35,640 nt of DNA from Candidatus Sulfobium sp. (GCA_037380845.1 JARRRI010000010.1:38826-74465), one strand, 5' to 3'. Numbered from the stretch's first letter, positions 19,999-28,811 are shown. Made by a program: numbers and translations. The notes: generated by a model from the sequence alone, not told the origin.

Positions 19999-20790
19999 AT
20001 GAACAGACTGCGTTATACATTGCAGCTTGCGCTCATGACGGTTGTGATCAGCGCCGGTCTTCTGTCAGTATCCCAGGGAGAACTGTCCGCGGAGTTGACG
20101 ACCAAGGCAAATCACGACCACATCAATATAGACTTTTTCTACCATGGCGGTTCCGTAAGCATACGGGGAGTATCTGACCCCGGCACGGACCTCGTCATAA
20201 AGATAACTTCCGAGCACGGACACCATACCCTCCGGCAGAAGGGAAAAGTCGGGGTCCTCTGGATGAACGTCGGAACGCTTAAATTTGAGCATGTGCCGTC
20301 CGTCTATTTTCTTCAGAGCACCAGGAGCCTCGATGATATCCTGCCTGCCGCGGAACAGCTCAAGTACGGCCTGGGGTACAAGGCGCTGGCCGAGGAGAGT
20401 GAGGTCACCCCGTTGAAGGACCCGTCCCAGAAAGGACAATGGTTCAAGGAATTCCTGAGGTACAAGGAGGCGTCGAAGGTCTACTCCGTGGAGTCCGGGA
20501 AGATTTCTCTCACCCGGAAAGGAGGAAAGCAGAACTATTATATCATGATGGACTGGCCCTATCAGGCCGCCCCCGGCGATTACCTTGTTACCGTGTATGC
20601 CGTCAAGGACAGGAAAGTCGTCGAACAGGCCCACGCCAAAGTGGTAGTGCAGCAGGTGGGCGTAATCAAGAGCCTCTCAGGTATGGCCAAGAACAACGGT
20701 GCCTTTTACGGATTCATATCCGTGCTCGTAGCACTGGGTGCCGGCTTCGGCGTCGGTCTGATATTCAGGAAAGGCGGGGGGGCCCACTGA
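19999..20790 (+). CDS. TIGR02186-like conserved membrane-anchored protein (TSUP partner)
   Basis: Signal peptide, I.IDFFYHG, KGKVGVLWMN, PGDYLVTVYA, C-terminal TM helix. Follows the TSUP gene as in known pairs. Confidence 0.75.
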   Translation: MNRLRYTLQLALMTVVISAGLLSVSQGELSAELTTKANHDHINIDFFYHGGSVSIRGVSDPGTDLVIKITSEHGHHTLRQKGKVGVLWMNVGTLKFEHVPSVYFLQSTRSLDDILPAAEQLKYGLGYKALAEESEVTPLKDPSQKGQWFKEFLRYKEASKVYSVESGKISLTRKGGKQNYYIMMDWPYQAAPGDYLVTVYAVKDRKVVEQAHAKVVVQQVGVIKSLSGMAKNNGAFYGFISVLVALGAGFGVGLIFRKGGGAH

Positions 20791-20792
20791 TC

Positions 20793-21650
20793 ATGTATGA
20801 AAACATAGTGGTGGGTTTCGATAATACTGAATCCAGCAAGGCGGCCGTCATCGAGGTCTCTAACTGGATAAAGAGGCACGGAGGGAAATTCGTCCTTGTC
20901 CACGCCGTTTACTTCGACGAGGAAGAATTCGGCAACGCCCCCGAGCAGTTGGCAAAACGCCTCGAATTCGGCAAGAATGTCTGCTACCAGGCAAAAGAGA
21001 AGGTCGTCTCGGAATTCGGTATAGAGGCGGACGCGCTGGTCTGTGAAGGTGAGCCGCCCGACGTGGTTGCCAACATTGCCAGGGAGAAAAAGGCCGACCT
21101 CATCGCGATGGGGACTTACGGCAGGAAAGGCCTGAAGAGACTCCTGATGGGAAGCGTCACCTCGGCTGTAATCGTCCATTCGCCCTGCGACGTGCTGGTC
21201 GTAAAAAAGCCCTGTACGGAATGCACCGGATCTTATTCTTCCGTACTTCTTCCCTTTGACGGCTCCGACTTCAGCAAAAATGCTCTGAAAAGGGCATGTC
21301 AACTGTCGAAGGTCGACGGCTGCACGGTGACGGTCCTCTATGTCATTCCGCGCTATGAGGAAATGATAGGGTTTTTCCGGACCGAGTCGATCAGGAAGAG
21401 TCTTATGCGGGAGGCCGACAAGGTCGTAGATGCCGCAAAAGAGATCGCCTCGGGCGAGGGGATCTCCGTCAAGACCGAGATCCGGGAGGGCGCTACCGGA
21501 GATGAGATAGTAAAGGCGGCGGAGAGTCTTAAGAACGATCTTATAATGATGGGAACATACGGATGGCGGGGGGTCAACAAGGCGATCATGGGAAGCACCA
21601 CCGAAAGGGTAATCATGCACGCCTCCTGCCCCATACTCGCGGTCAAATAG
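20793..21650 (+). CDS. Universal stress protein (tandem USP domains)
   Basis: Starts MYENIVVGFD; two domains with DLIAMGTYGRKG..MGSVT and DLIMMGTYGWRG..MGSTT. The ORF-track start at 20439 is an overextension. Confidence 0.92.
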   Translation: MYENIVVGFDNTESSKAAVIEVSNWIKRHGGKFVLVHAVYFDEEEFGNAPEQLAKRLEFGKNVCYQAKEKVVSEFGIEADALVCEGEPPDVVANIAREKKADLIAMGTYGRKGLKRLLMGSVTSAVIVHSPCDVLVVKKPCTECTGSYSSVLLPFDGSDFSKNALKRACQLSKVDGCTVTVLYVIPRYEEMIGFFRTESIRKSLMREADKVVDAAKEIASGEGISVKTEIREGATGDEIVKAAESLKNDLIMMGTYGWRGVNKAIMGSTTERVIMHASCPILAVK

Positions 21651-21677
21651 TATTCTTCTGAAAATATAACAGTCTTC

Positions 21678-21714
21678 GGCCCCGGACGGCCCAAAGCCTT
21701 CCGGGGCCTTTTTT
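21678..21714 (+). terminator. Rho-independent terminator of the USP/TauE operon
   Basis: GGCCCCGGA.GGC-CCAAA-GCC.TCCGGGGCC followed by a T-tract. Confidence 0.85.
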
Positions 21715-21768
21715 ATGCCGATCCCTGAAAGCTGAATGCGCAGGAGTGAAGCCGGTCGTTATCTTTGC

Positions 21769-22503
21769 CTACTGCCTGTATTTGTGATACGCCCCGGCCC
21801 TGGAGGTCTTCTCCGTAATATACTTCACATGGTCGTCCAGAAGCCTTGAAAGCTCTGCGACCAGCGCTTCTTGTGGTTTAATCCTCTCAAGTTTGGAGAG
21901 GCTCCATTCGAGCAGGGTGCCGTGAAGTCTTATCATTCCCGGAGATATCTTCAGGGACGACTCGTTCTCCCCGGAACATTCCCGGCAGAGAACAGTGCCG
22001 TGGGACAGGTAGAATTCGCTTCCCGCCTTTCCGCACCTGCCGCAGCCGTCGAGGCCGGGCAGATATCCGACGATCGAAAGCAGTCTCACCTTATAGTAGA
22101 GCGGCAGGAGCCGGGCGCCGCAGTCGGCTTCCAGTGCCCGCAGTGTGTTTATCAGCAGGACATACACCTCGCCGTTGGCGTCCCTTTCCGCCATGAAGTT
22201 CAGCGTCAGTTCCACCATCTCCGCAGCCGGCAGGAAACACTTAAGCGAATTTCTCAGGGAACTGAACGGATGGATAATATCCGACTGGGTAAGCCTCGGC
22301 AGGGCCGCGTCCTCCTTGCCCCAGAAGGCGATCTTCGAATGTGTCAGGGGCTCAAGGCTGCTGCCGAACCTGCTTTTGGTCTTCCGCGGACTCTTGGCGA
22401 AGGTCTTTATGATGCCGTGGGTTTCGGTAAGATAGGTGACTATGAGATCAGCTTCGCCGAAAGGGATGGTTTTTAAGACAATGCCTTCTGTCCTCTGAAG
22501 CAT
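21769..22503 (-). CDS. recO: DNA repair protein RecO
   Basis: TEGIVLKTIPFGEADLIV, SRFGSSLEP, Zn motif CGRC...CREC; near era. Confidence 0.93.
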   Translation of the reverse strand: MLQRTEGIVLKTIPFGEADLIVTYLTETHGIIKTFAKSPRKTKSRFGSSLEPLTHSKIAFWGKEDAALPRLTQSDIIHPFSSLRNSLKCFLPAAEMVELTLNFMAERDANGEVYVLLINTLRALEADCGARLLPLYYKVRLLSIVGYLPGLDGCGRCGKAGSEFYLSHGTVLCRECSGENESSLKISPGMIRLHGTLLEWSLSKLERIKPQEALVAELSRLLDDHVKYITEKTSRAGAYHKYRQ

Positions 22504-22532
22504 TTACTTTTCAGTCGCAACAAAATACCGGC

Positions 22533-22704
22533 AGGGCCCGGGAGTGGCGCCGAAAAATGTCTTGCAGCGACACCATCCGGCCCTGTAAAGAGGCCCACCG
22601 GCCGTTTTTTGAAAGCCATGATACGTTTATGTCTGCATTCATGTGAAAGATAGATAGGATCACGTCGTCATTGCCAGACTTGTTCGGTGTTCCTGCCGGG
22701 CCTT
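22533..22704. repeat. ~170-bp intergenic element with terminal inverted repeats, copy B
   Basis: GGCCCGGGAGTGGCGCCGAAAAATGTCTTGCA...TGCCAGACTTGTTCGGTGTTCCTGCCGGGCC. Homologous to 6439..6607, same orientation. Confidence 0.85.
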
Positions 22705-22715
22705 TCAGAACAGGA

Positions 22716-23168
22716 TTACATGATGTTGCCGAAATCTTCGGGCTTGAGGTTCTTCAGCCATTCGTCAAGCTCATCGGCCGTCCTCGTGCCCATGATACTC
22801 TCTTCCACGAAAATCGGGGCGTTCACCCTCAGGGCCACGGCAACCGCGTCGCTGGGCCTTGAATCTATAAGCGTCTCCTTCTTGCCGTCATTAAGATGAA
22901 TGAGAGCGTAATAAGTATTGTCGATTATCTCGGTCACCACGATCCTGGTAATCTTGACCTTCAGTCCGTCGATCACATTCTTCACGAGATCGTGAGTCAG
23001 GGGTCTTGGAGTTGCGACCTTCCCGAGGGCCAGCGCGATTGAATCCGCTTCGGGCTTTCCGATCCATATCGGCAACGTACCGGGGCCGTCCAGCTCCCTT
23101 AAAAGGAGGATATACATATTGCTCCGGGGATCGAAAAGCAGCCCCTCGACCTTCATCTCCACAAACAT
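22716..23168 (-). CDS. Bifunctional nuclease family protein (DUF151)
   Basis: LPIWIG..EA, PRPLTHDL, DSRPSDAVAVALR, LKPEDF. Confidence 0.92.
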   Translation of the reverse strand: MFVEMKVEGLLFDPRSNMYILLLRELDGPGTLPIWIGKPEADSIALALGKVATPRPLTHDLVKNVIDGLKVKITRIVVTEIIDNTYYALIHLNDGKKETLIDSRPSDAVAVALRVNAPIFVEESIMGTRTADELDEWLKNLKPEDFGNIM

Positions 23169-23171
23169 CTG

Positions 23172-24056
23172 TCAGAACCCCATTTCGTTCAATGCCTTAT
23201 GGTCGTCACGCCACCCTTTCCTCACCTTTACCCACAACTGCAGAAATACCTTCGCATCGAGGAGTTTTTCGATATCCAGCCGGGCCTGCGTGCCTATCGC
23301 CTTCAGTTTTTTCCCCTTGTCTCCTATTATTATACCCTTTTGACCTTCCCTTTCAACATAAATATTCGCGTCTATCATCACCATGCCGTCTTCTCTTTCG
23401 GCCCAGTTCCGGACTTCAACCGCGACTGAATAGGGTATCTCATCGGAGGTCTTTGCCATAATCTTTTCCCTGACAATCTCCGCCGCCATGAACCTCTCTA
23501 TCTGATCGGTAACAAGGTCTTCCGGATAATATTTCGGCCCCTCGGGCAGATATTCGCGGACCTTCCGGAGGAATATATCGAGACCGTCCCTTTTCAGCGC
23601 TGAAACCGGTATGACCTCCGTGAAGGGGAAAAGGTCCTTGTAGATGCCGATTACGCGGAGGATTTCCTGCCGCTGCACCAGGTCTATCTTGTTAATCAGG
23701 AGGAATGTCGGCTTCCCGGTCCCTTCCAGGGCCTGAAAAACAATCCTGTCTTTCTCGACATGAGGCCCCGGTTCGGTCACGAAAACGACCAGGTCTATTT
23801 CTTTCAATACCTCCCTGGCAGACCTGACCATGGCCCTTCCAAGGAGATTCCTCGGTTCATGGATTCCGGGGGTATCGATGAAGATGATCTGGGCGTCAGA
23901 GGAAGTCTTTATCCCCAGTATCCTGTTCCTGGTGGTCTGGGGTCTCCTGGTAACGATGGCGATCTTCTGTCCGAGAACGGCATTCAGAAGAGTGGACTTG
24001 CCGACATTCGGCCGGCCGACAAGGGAGACGTATCCGGAATGGAAAACCTCAGACAC
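23172..24056 (-). CDS. era: GTPase Era
   Basis: GRPNVGKSTL, PQTTR, DTPG, NKID, KH domain QKGIIIG...LQLWVKV. Confidence 0.96.
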   Translation of the reverse strand: MSEVFHSGYVSLVGRPNVGKSTLLNAVLGQKIAIVTRRPQTTRNRILGIKTSSDAQIIFIDTPGIHEPRNLLGRAMVRSAREVLKEIDLVVFVTEPGPHVEKDRIVFQALEGTGKPTFLLINKIDLVQRQEILRVIGIYKDLFPFTEVIPVSALKRDGLDIFLRKVREYLPEGPKYYPEDLVTDQIERFMAAEIVREKIMAKTSDEIPYSVAVEVRNWAEREDGMVMIDANIYVEREGQKGIIIGDKGKKLKAIGTQARLDIEKLLDAKVFLQLWVKVRKGWRDDHKALNEMGF

Positions 24057-25256
24057 TCAGCCTCCGGTCTGCAGCCTGGCCAATGCGTCTTTAATCCTTT
24101 CCACTCCCCTCGAAATATCTTCCATGGAGGTCGCATAGGAAAGCCTTATATAGTCGTCATCACCGAACGCGGCACCCGGCACGACGGCCACCTCCGCCTC
24201 CTCGAGCAGATAGAGGGCAAGGTCCGAAGAGGAGGAGATCACTCCGCTGCCGGACTTCCTGCCGTAAACCTTTGAAGTGTTCGGGAAGGCGTAGAAAGCA
24301 CCCGAAGGCATCGAACAGCTGATCCCCTCGATACCGTTGAGCGCCCCGACAAGAAAGCGTCTCCGCTCATCGAACCTGTTCCGCATCATTTCCACGAAGT
24401 CCTGCGGTCCGGTAAGGGCCTCCACGGCCGCCTTCTGTACGATTGAGGCCGGGTTCGAAGTCGACTGACTCTGGATATTGGTCATTGCCTTGACAACATC
24501 GGCAGGCCCCGCCGCATAGCCTATCCTCCAGCCGGTCATCGCATGGGATTTTGACAGGCCGTTTACTACGATCGTCCTCTCCTGAACCTCCGCGCCGAGC
24601 GAGGCTATGCTTATGTGTTCTGCGCCGTCATAAATGAGCTTTTCATAGATCTCATCGGATATGACATAAAAGTTATGTTTCACCGCGAGTTCCGCTATCC
24701 CTTCGAGGGCCTTTCTGTCGTATATCATACCTGTCGGGTTGGAGGGAGAGTTCAGTATCAGCGCTTTCGTTTTTGCGGTTATGTTTTTTTCAAGCGCCTG
24801 CGGGCTGACCGTGAAAGAGTTTCTTTCCTCGGTCTTCACAAAAACCGGCGTGGCATCATTGAGCATCACCTGGTCCGGATATGAGACCCAGTATGGAGAA
24901 GGTATGATTACTTCGTCGCCGGGACCGTAAAGGGCCTCCGCTATGTTATAAAGACTGTGCTTGGCCCCGCAGGAAGCTATTATCTCTTCCCTCTTGTAGG
25001 AAAGCCCGTTGTCTTTCTTCAGTTTGTCTATTATCGCATCCTTGAGAGCGTCTATCCCGCCCACCGCCGTATACTTCGTAAAACCCTCCTTCATGGCCCT
25101 GACCGCCGCCTCCTTTATGTTGTCGGGCGTATCGAAGTCAGGTTCGCCGACGCCGAAGCTTATGACGTCCCGGCCGGATGCCTTCATCGCTTTTGCCTTC
25201 GAATCTATGGCGAGCGTGGGCGACGGTTTGATCTTTGCTGCTCTCTCGGAAAGCAT
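24057..25256 (-). CDS. aspC: Class I PLP-dependent (aspartate) aminotransferase
   Basis: GEPDFDTP, PYWVSY, NSPSNPTG, SDEIY, SKSHAMTGWRIG, RLSYA. Confidence 0.9.
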   Translation of the reverse strand: MLSERAAKIKPSPTLAIDSKAKAMKASGRDVISFGVGEPDFDTPDNIKEAAVRAMKEGFTKYTAVGGIDALKDAIIDKLKKDNGLSYKREEIIASCGAKHSLYNIAEALYGPGDEVIIPSPYWVSYPDQVMLNDATPVFVKTEERNSFTVSPQALEKNITAKTKALILNSPSNPTGMIYDRKALEGIAELAVKHNFYVISDEIYEKLIYDGAEHISIASLGAEVQERTIVVNGLSKSHAMTGWRIGYAAGPADVVKAMTNIQSQSTSNPASIVQKAAVEALTGPQDFVEMMRNRFDERRRFLVGALNGIEGISCSMPSGAFYAFPNTSKVYGRKSGSGVISSSSDLALYLLEEAEVAVVPGAAFGDDDYIRLSYATSMEDISRGVERIKDALARLQTGG

Positions 25257-25422
25257 GATTAACAGTCTCCTTGGGGTTTTTTCGATATATTAACACATCA
25301 GGATTGTTTTAAACAGACACTATGTATCCTGAAATAAAGAGGGCAAGTTCCTCGGAGCAAAGCGAGAATGAGCGAAAATACTGTGTCCTTTCGCTTCTGC
25401 CACATTTCATGAATAATCTGGT

Positions 25423-25917
25423 CTAATCGATTTTCTTATACGCCTTCTTTCCTGCACCGCAGACCGGGCATTTGTCGGGCGCTTCTTTTTCCGCAGTGTG
25501 ACCGCAGATCTGGCAGACATAATAATCCACGTCCGCGTTCTTGCCGATATCCTCCAGGGCCTTCTTATACAGGTCCGCGTGGATCTTTTCGACCTCGTTC
25601 GCGAAGGTGAAACTCCTGAGGGCGCCCTTGCTTCCCTCCTCTTCCGCGTCCCTGATCATCTGCGGGTACATCTTCTGGAACTCGAACACCTCGCCGTTGA
25701 TTGCCTCGTTAAGGTTTTCGGACGTGCCCTTGATGCCGCCCAGTTCTTTCAGATGGTTGTGCGCGTGGACCGTCTCGGCATCGGCTGCGGCCCGAAACAG
25801 TTTCGCAATCTGCCCGTAACCTTCCTGCTCCGCCTTCTTCGCAAAAGCCAGATATTTCCTGTTAGCCTGCGATTCCCCTGCGAAGGCATCCTTAAGGTTT
25901 TTTTCAGTCTTCGGCAT
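25423..25917 (-). CDS. rbr: Rubrerythrin
   Basis: AFAGESQANRKY, EtvH and EkiH diiron motifs, C-terminal rubredoxin-like CQICG...CPVC. Confidence 0.93.
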   Translation of the reverse strand: MPKTEKNLKDAFAGESQANRKYLAFAKKAEQEGYGQIAKLFRAAADAETVHAHNHLKELGGIKGTSENLNEAINGEVFEFQKMYPQMIRDAEEEGSKGALRSFTFANEVEKIHADLYKKALEDIGKNADVDYYVCQICGHTAEKEAPDKCPVCGAGKKAYKKID

Positions 25918-26009
25918 TCTTTCTCCTCCTTGAAAAATAATCTCTGATTAAGGGACATAAGGTCTCATGAGACTTATAGGCCCTACAAAAAAGCGGCAAT
26001 TGTTTTCTT

Positions 26010-26621
26010 TTACTGCATTGCCTGGTGAACCTTGCCTACCAGATCCGCCGACGGCTTTAGGGTCTTGTCACCGGGCTGCTGCCATCCTACAGGGCATGCC
26101 TCGTCGCCGTGTTCTCCCAAATATATGTTGGCGCTCACCTTTCTCAGCAGTTCTTCGATATTCCTGCCCAGGTTATAAAAGTTGACTTCGGAGTTAAGAA
26201 GCTTTCCTTCGGGATTGATTATGAATGTTCCTCTCAATGCCAGACCCGTCTCGTCGTCGTACACGCCGAACAGGCGGGAGATTTTGCCCGTAGGGTCCGA
26301 CCCCATCGTGTATTTCACCTTCTCCAGCATCTTCTCTTCCCTCTGCCATGCGAGATGGACGAATTTGGTATCAGTGCTGACGGTAACAATCTCGGCGCCC
26401 GCCTCGCTGAACTTCTGATGCTGCTCTGCCAGAGCAGCAAACTCGGTCGCTCAGACAAAGGTAAAGTCCGCGGGATAAAAGAAGAGGACAGTCCATTTTC
26501 CGCTTTCTCTCAACGCCTGCAGACTCACCTCCCCGAAATCGCCCTTCCCGGGCTCATACGTTTCAAGTTTAAAATCAGGGACGTTCTCTCCGGTTCTCAG
26601 GCCGCAACAGTGCTCGCCCAT
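26010..26621 (-). CDS. prxU: Selenocysteine-containing AhpC/Prx1-type peroxiredoxin (203 aa, Sec at codon 57)
   Basis: AGGAGG RBS and ATG at 26621. Reads MGEHCCG...FFYPADFTFV-TGA-ATEFAAL, in frame with the 26010..26330 ORF (ALRGTFII, EACPVGW). TGA (26451-26453) is at the peroxidatic Cys of FYPxDFTFVCPTE. Confidence 0.93.
26419..26439 (-). promoter_or_regulatory. Bacterial SECIS element
   Basis: UGCUGCUCU-GGC-AGAGCAGCA perfect hairpin starting 11 nt after the UGA, with a G-containing apical loop. Confidence 0.8.
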
Positions 26622-26662
26622 TCCAGACCTCCTTCCTTTTTTCTAACATCTTACCATCAAAA

Positions 26663-26686
26663 TGGCCGCTCTCAAATAAGCGGCCA
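26663..26686 (-). terminator. Candidate terminator between the Zn-ribbon ORF and the peroxiredoxin
   Basis: Minus strand TGGCCGCT-8nt-AGCGGCCA then TTTT, followed by an extended -10-like TGGTAAGAT for the peroxiredoxin. Confidence 0.5.
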
Positions 26687-26727
26687 CCCAAAGAATACCG
26701 GACAGATGATCGCGCGACCGTATGGTT

Positions 26728-26910
26728 TCAGTGGACAGTAGACTCTCTCCTGAAAAACCTGTGTCCGCAATTCAAACATCTGGTCTCGTATTCATCAGTC
26801 CACAACTCCATGTCAAAACCGCATTTCGGACATGTGATGACTTCCCGTAAAACCGGGGGATTCACACTCCTCGCTTTTTTTCCCTTATGACTAACGCCTT
26901 TATCTTTCAT
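26728..26910 (-). CDS. Small Cys4 (Zn-ribbon/rubredoxin-like) protein
   Basis: 60 aa with CPKC...CLNC. ATG immediately follows the perR TGA, with an AAGGAG RBS. Confidence 0.75.
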   Translation of the reverse strand: MKDKGVSHKGKKARSVNPPVLREVITCPKCGFDMELWTDEYETRCLNCGHRFFRRESTVH

Positions 26911-27375
26911 TCAATCTCCTTCCTTTCGGGCGGCACGGGAACTTCGCTTAACCGCCGACCGGCTCCCGGCGCCGGCTTCTCCCCTGCATTCCGGACACAA
27001 CCCGTAAAACTCGATATGATTTCCCGTAATTTCAAAGTCTCTTCTTTCGCCTGTCGGCACACTCAGGCTGAAATCGACACGGACATCCACTATCCTTCTG
27101 CAGCCGGTGCATATGAGGTGATGGTGCGGTCCGGTGTCGGGATCGAAACGCTTTTTGCCGGGATCCACGGTCAGTTCCCGCACTTCGCCTCTGAGCCTCA
27201 GTGCCTCAAGCGTGTTATATACCGTAGCAAGAGACATCGTCGGGAACTTCTTCGACACGGCGGTGTATATCTCCTCCGCCGAGGGATGGCTGTCATTCCC
27301 TTCGAGGTAATCAAGTATCGCCAGCCTCTGAGGAGTAAGCTTAAACCCCATGCCTTTGTATCTTTCCATAATCAT
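26911..27375 (-). CDS. perR: Fur-family peroxide sensor (PerR-like)
   Basis: LTPQRLAIL, HPSAEEIY, SLATVYNTL, RFD...HHHLICTGC..IVD (PerR-type Asp ligand), CPEC; peroxide-defence neighbours. Start 27375, 27369 or 27393. Confidence 0.8.
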   Translation of the reverse strand: MIMERYKGMGFKLTPQRLAILDYLEGNDSHPSAEEIYTAVSKKFPTMSLATVYNTLEALRLRGEVRELTVDPGKKRFDPDTGPHHHLICTGCRRIVDVRVDFSLSVPTGERRDFEITGNHIEFYGLCPECRGEAGAGSRSAVKRSSRAARKEGD

Positions 27376-27403
27376 TCCCTGGTCCCTCACCACGACCTGC
27401 TAT

Positions 27404-27439
27404 CTAGAATCATTTTAACATAATAAATCTTGTTGTCAA
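27404..27439 (-). promoter_or_regulatory. Sigma70 promoter of perR overlapped by a Per box
   Basis: Minus strand TTGACA-N16-TAAAAT with an extended TG. CTAGAATCATTTTAA (27404-27418) resembles the Per box TTATAATnATTATAA. Confidence 0.7.
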
Positions 27440-27446
27440 GTAATTC

Positions 27447-28811
27447 TTATAGCCGATTCCGTGCCACAGGCAGGTCAATCTCAACTATGAGACCTCCTGC
27501 GTCATCGTTTGACGCCCTGACCCTGCCGCCGTGCGCACGCACGGCCCTCTCAGTGATAGCAAGGCCAAGTCCGGTACCTCCCGTCAAACGGTCTCGCGAG
27601 TCGGCGACCCGATAAAACGGTTCGAAGATCCTCTTGAGGTCCGCCTCCGGCACGCCGTGCCCATGGTCGCGGACACGTATGCGGGCATATGACCCGCCAT
27701 CTTCTACATGCCTTGAGAGACCCACATCAACGGATGTGCCTTCCCCGGTATACCGGACCGCGTTCCGGACAACATTCTCTATGGCCCTGCGAAGCAGCTC
27801 TTCCGATCCTTCGACCTTTATATCCTCGTTCGCCTCCACTTTTACCTCGCGATTGCATGCGTGCGCCTCGAAGTTTGCATCATCTGCAATGTCCAGAAGA
27901 AGACCCGTCAGGTCAACGGCTCCCCGCTCAATTCTCTCATCTCCGGTCTCCAGCGTTGTGACGGCCAGCAGCTGTCCGATAAGGTCGTTAAGCCTCTCCG
28001 CTTCCCGCCCTATGCGACCCAGGGCATTGCCCGCTTCGGGAGAAGAGCTCCGGTGCGCCATTTCCAAAGCAAGGTTCAGGCGGGTCAGGGGCGATCTCAA
28101 TTCATGGGAGATGTCTCTGAGCAGCTTCCGCTGGGCGTTAACCAGCTTTTCTATACGGCCGGCCATCCTGTCGAAGTCGCGCCCCAGACCGGCGATCTCA
28201 TCTCCACGGTTGCCTAAAACAGGTGCCACACGAGTCGTTAAGTCACCATCTGCGAACCTGCGGGCCGCCTTCTGCAGCTGGAGTATCGGACCCGTCAGGG
28301 ACCGCGCCAGGAGGTAACAGACGATTCCGGCGATCATAAACGTCGCCAGCAGGCGAAAGACAATACGACGCGGATCGAGTATCAGCGCCATCGGGGAAGG
28401 ATGTGGCAAGGCCGCAAGAATTACATAATTTCCCGCCAGCGGAAGTGCATACCACGTCGCCCTTCTGCCCGGGCGGTGACGGGGCTCCCCGGTAATCAGG
28501 GCCATTTCCACCAGCCTCTTTACCCGCGGGGGCAGGACATGCCCGGAAAGCGGGCCATCATTCCCCCTAAAAAGAAAGACGGGAAACCGTATCCGCCGTT
28601 CAACGCGGCGTCTCCGTTCTTCCAGGGCCCGGGGTCCGTCTGCCTCATATGTCGCGATCAACACCTTGCCTGCCCTGGCGATCTGTTTTTCGTGGCGCGC
28701 CAGAAGGGCGGCCCTCGGATCGGTGGTAAGGGCAACTACAACGCCGATCGCGCCTATCAGGGTCATGGCCAGCCAAAACCAGAGGAATATTCTTGCGAAC
28801 AGACTTTTCAC
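27447..28811 (-). CDS. CpxA-like sensor histidine kinase
   Basis: SLFARIFLWFW N-terminus, HAMP, DISHELRSPLTRL, ENVVRNA, RIFEPFYRV, GGTGLGLAI. Confidence 0.9.
   Translation of the reverse strand: MKSLFARIFLWFWLAMTLIGAIGVVVALTTDPRAALLARHEKQIARAGKVLIATYEADGPRALEERRRRVERRIRFPVFLFRGNDGPLSGHVLPPRVKRLVEMALITGEPRHRPGRRATWYALPLAGNYVILAALPHPSPMALILDPRRIVFRLLATFMIAGIVCYLLARSLTGPILQLQKAARRFADGDLTTRVAPVLGNRGDEIAGLGRDFDRMAGRIEKLVNAQRKLLRDISHELRSPLTRLNLALEMAHRSSSPEAGNALGRIGREAERLNDLIGQLLAVTTLETGDERIERGAVDLTGLLLDIADDANFEAHACNREVKVEANEDIKVEGSEELLRRAIENVVRNAVRYTGEGTSVDVGLSRHVEDGGSYARIRVRDHGHGVPEADLKRIFEPFYRVADSRDRLTGGTGLGLAITERAVRAHGGRVRASNDDAGGLIVEIDLPVARNRL

Noticed and set aside
20439..20792. N-terminal extension of the tandem USP in the ORF track
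   Set aside because: It overlaps the TIGR02186-like gene in another frame; the USP domain begins at ATG 20793.
26010..26330. 106-aa ORF or peroxiredoxin pseudogene
   Set aside because: It is the C-terminal half of a Sec-containing gene: the UGA is at the catalytic position and is followed by a SECIS-like hairpin.
27413..27440. dif-like site (TTATGTTAAAA resembles the XerD arm)
   Set aside because: The XerC arm does not match, and the sequence is explained by the perR promoter and Per box.
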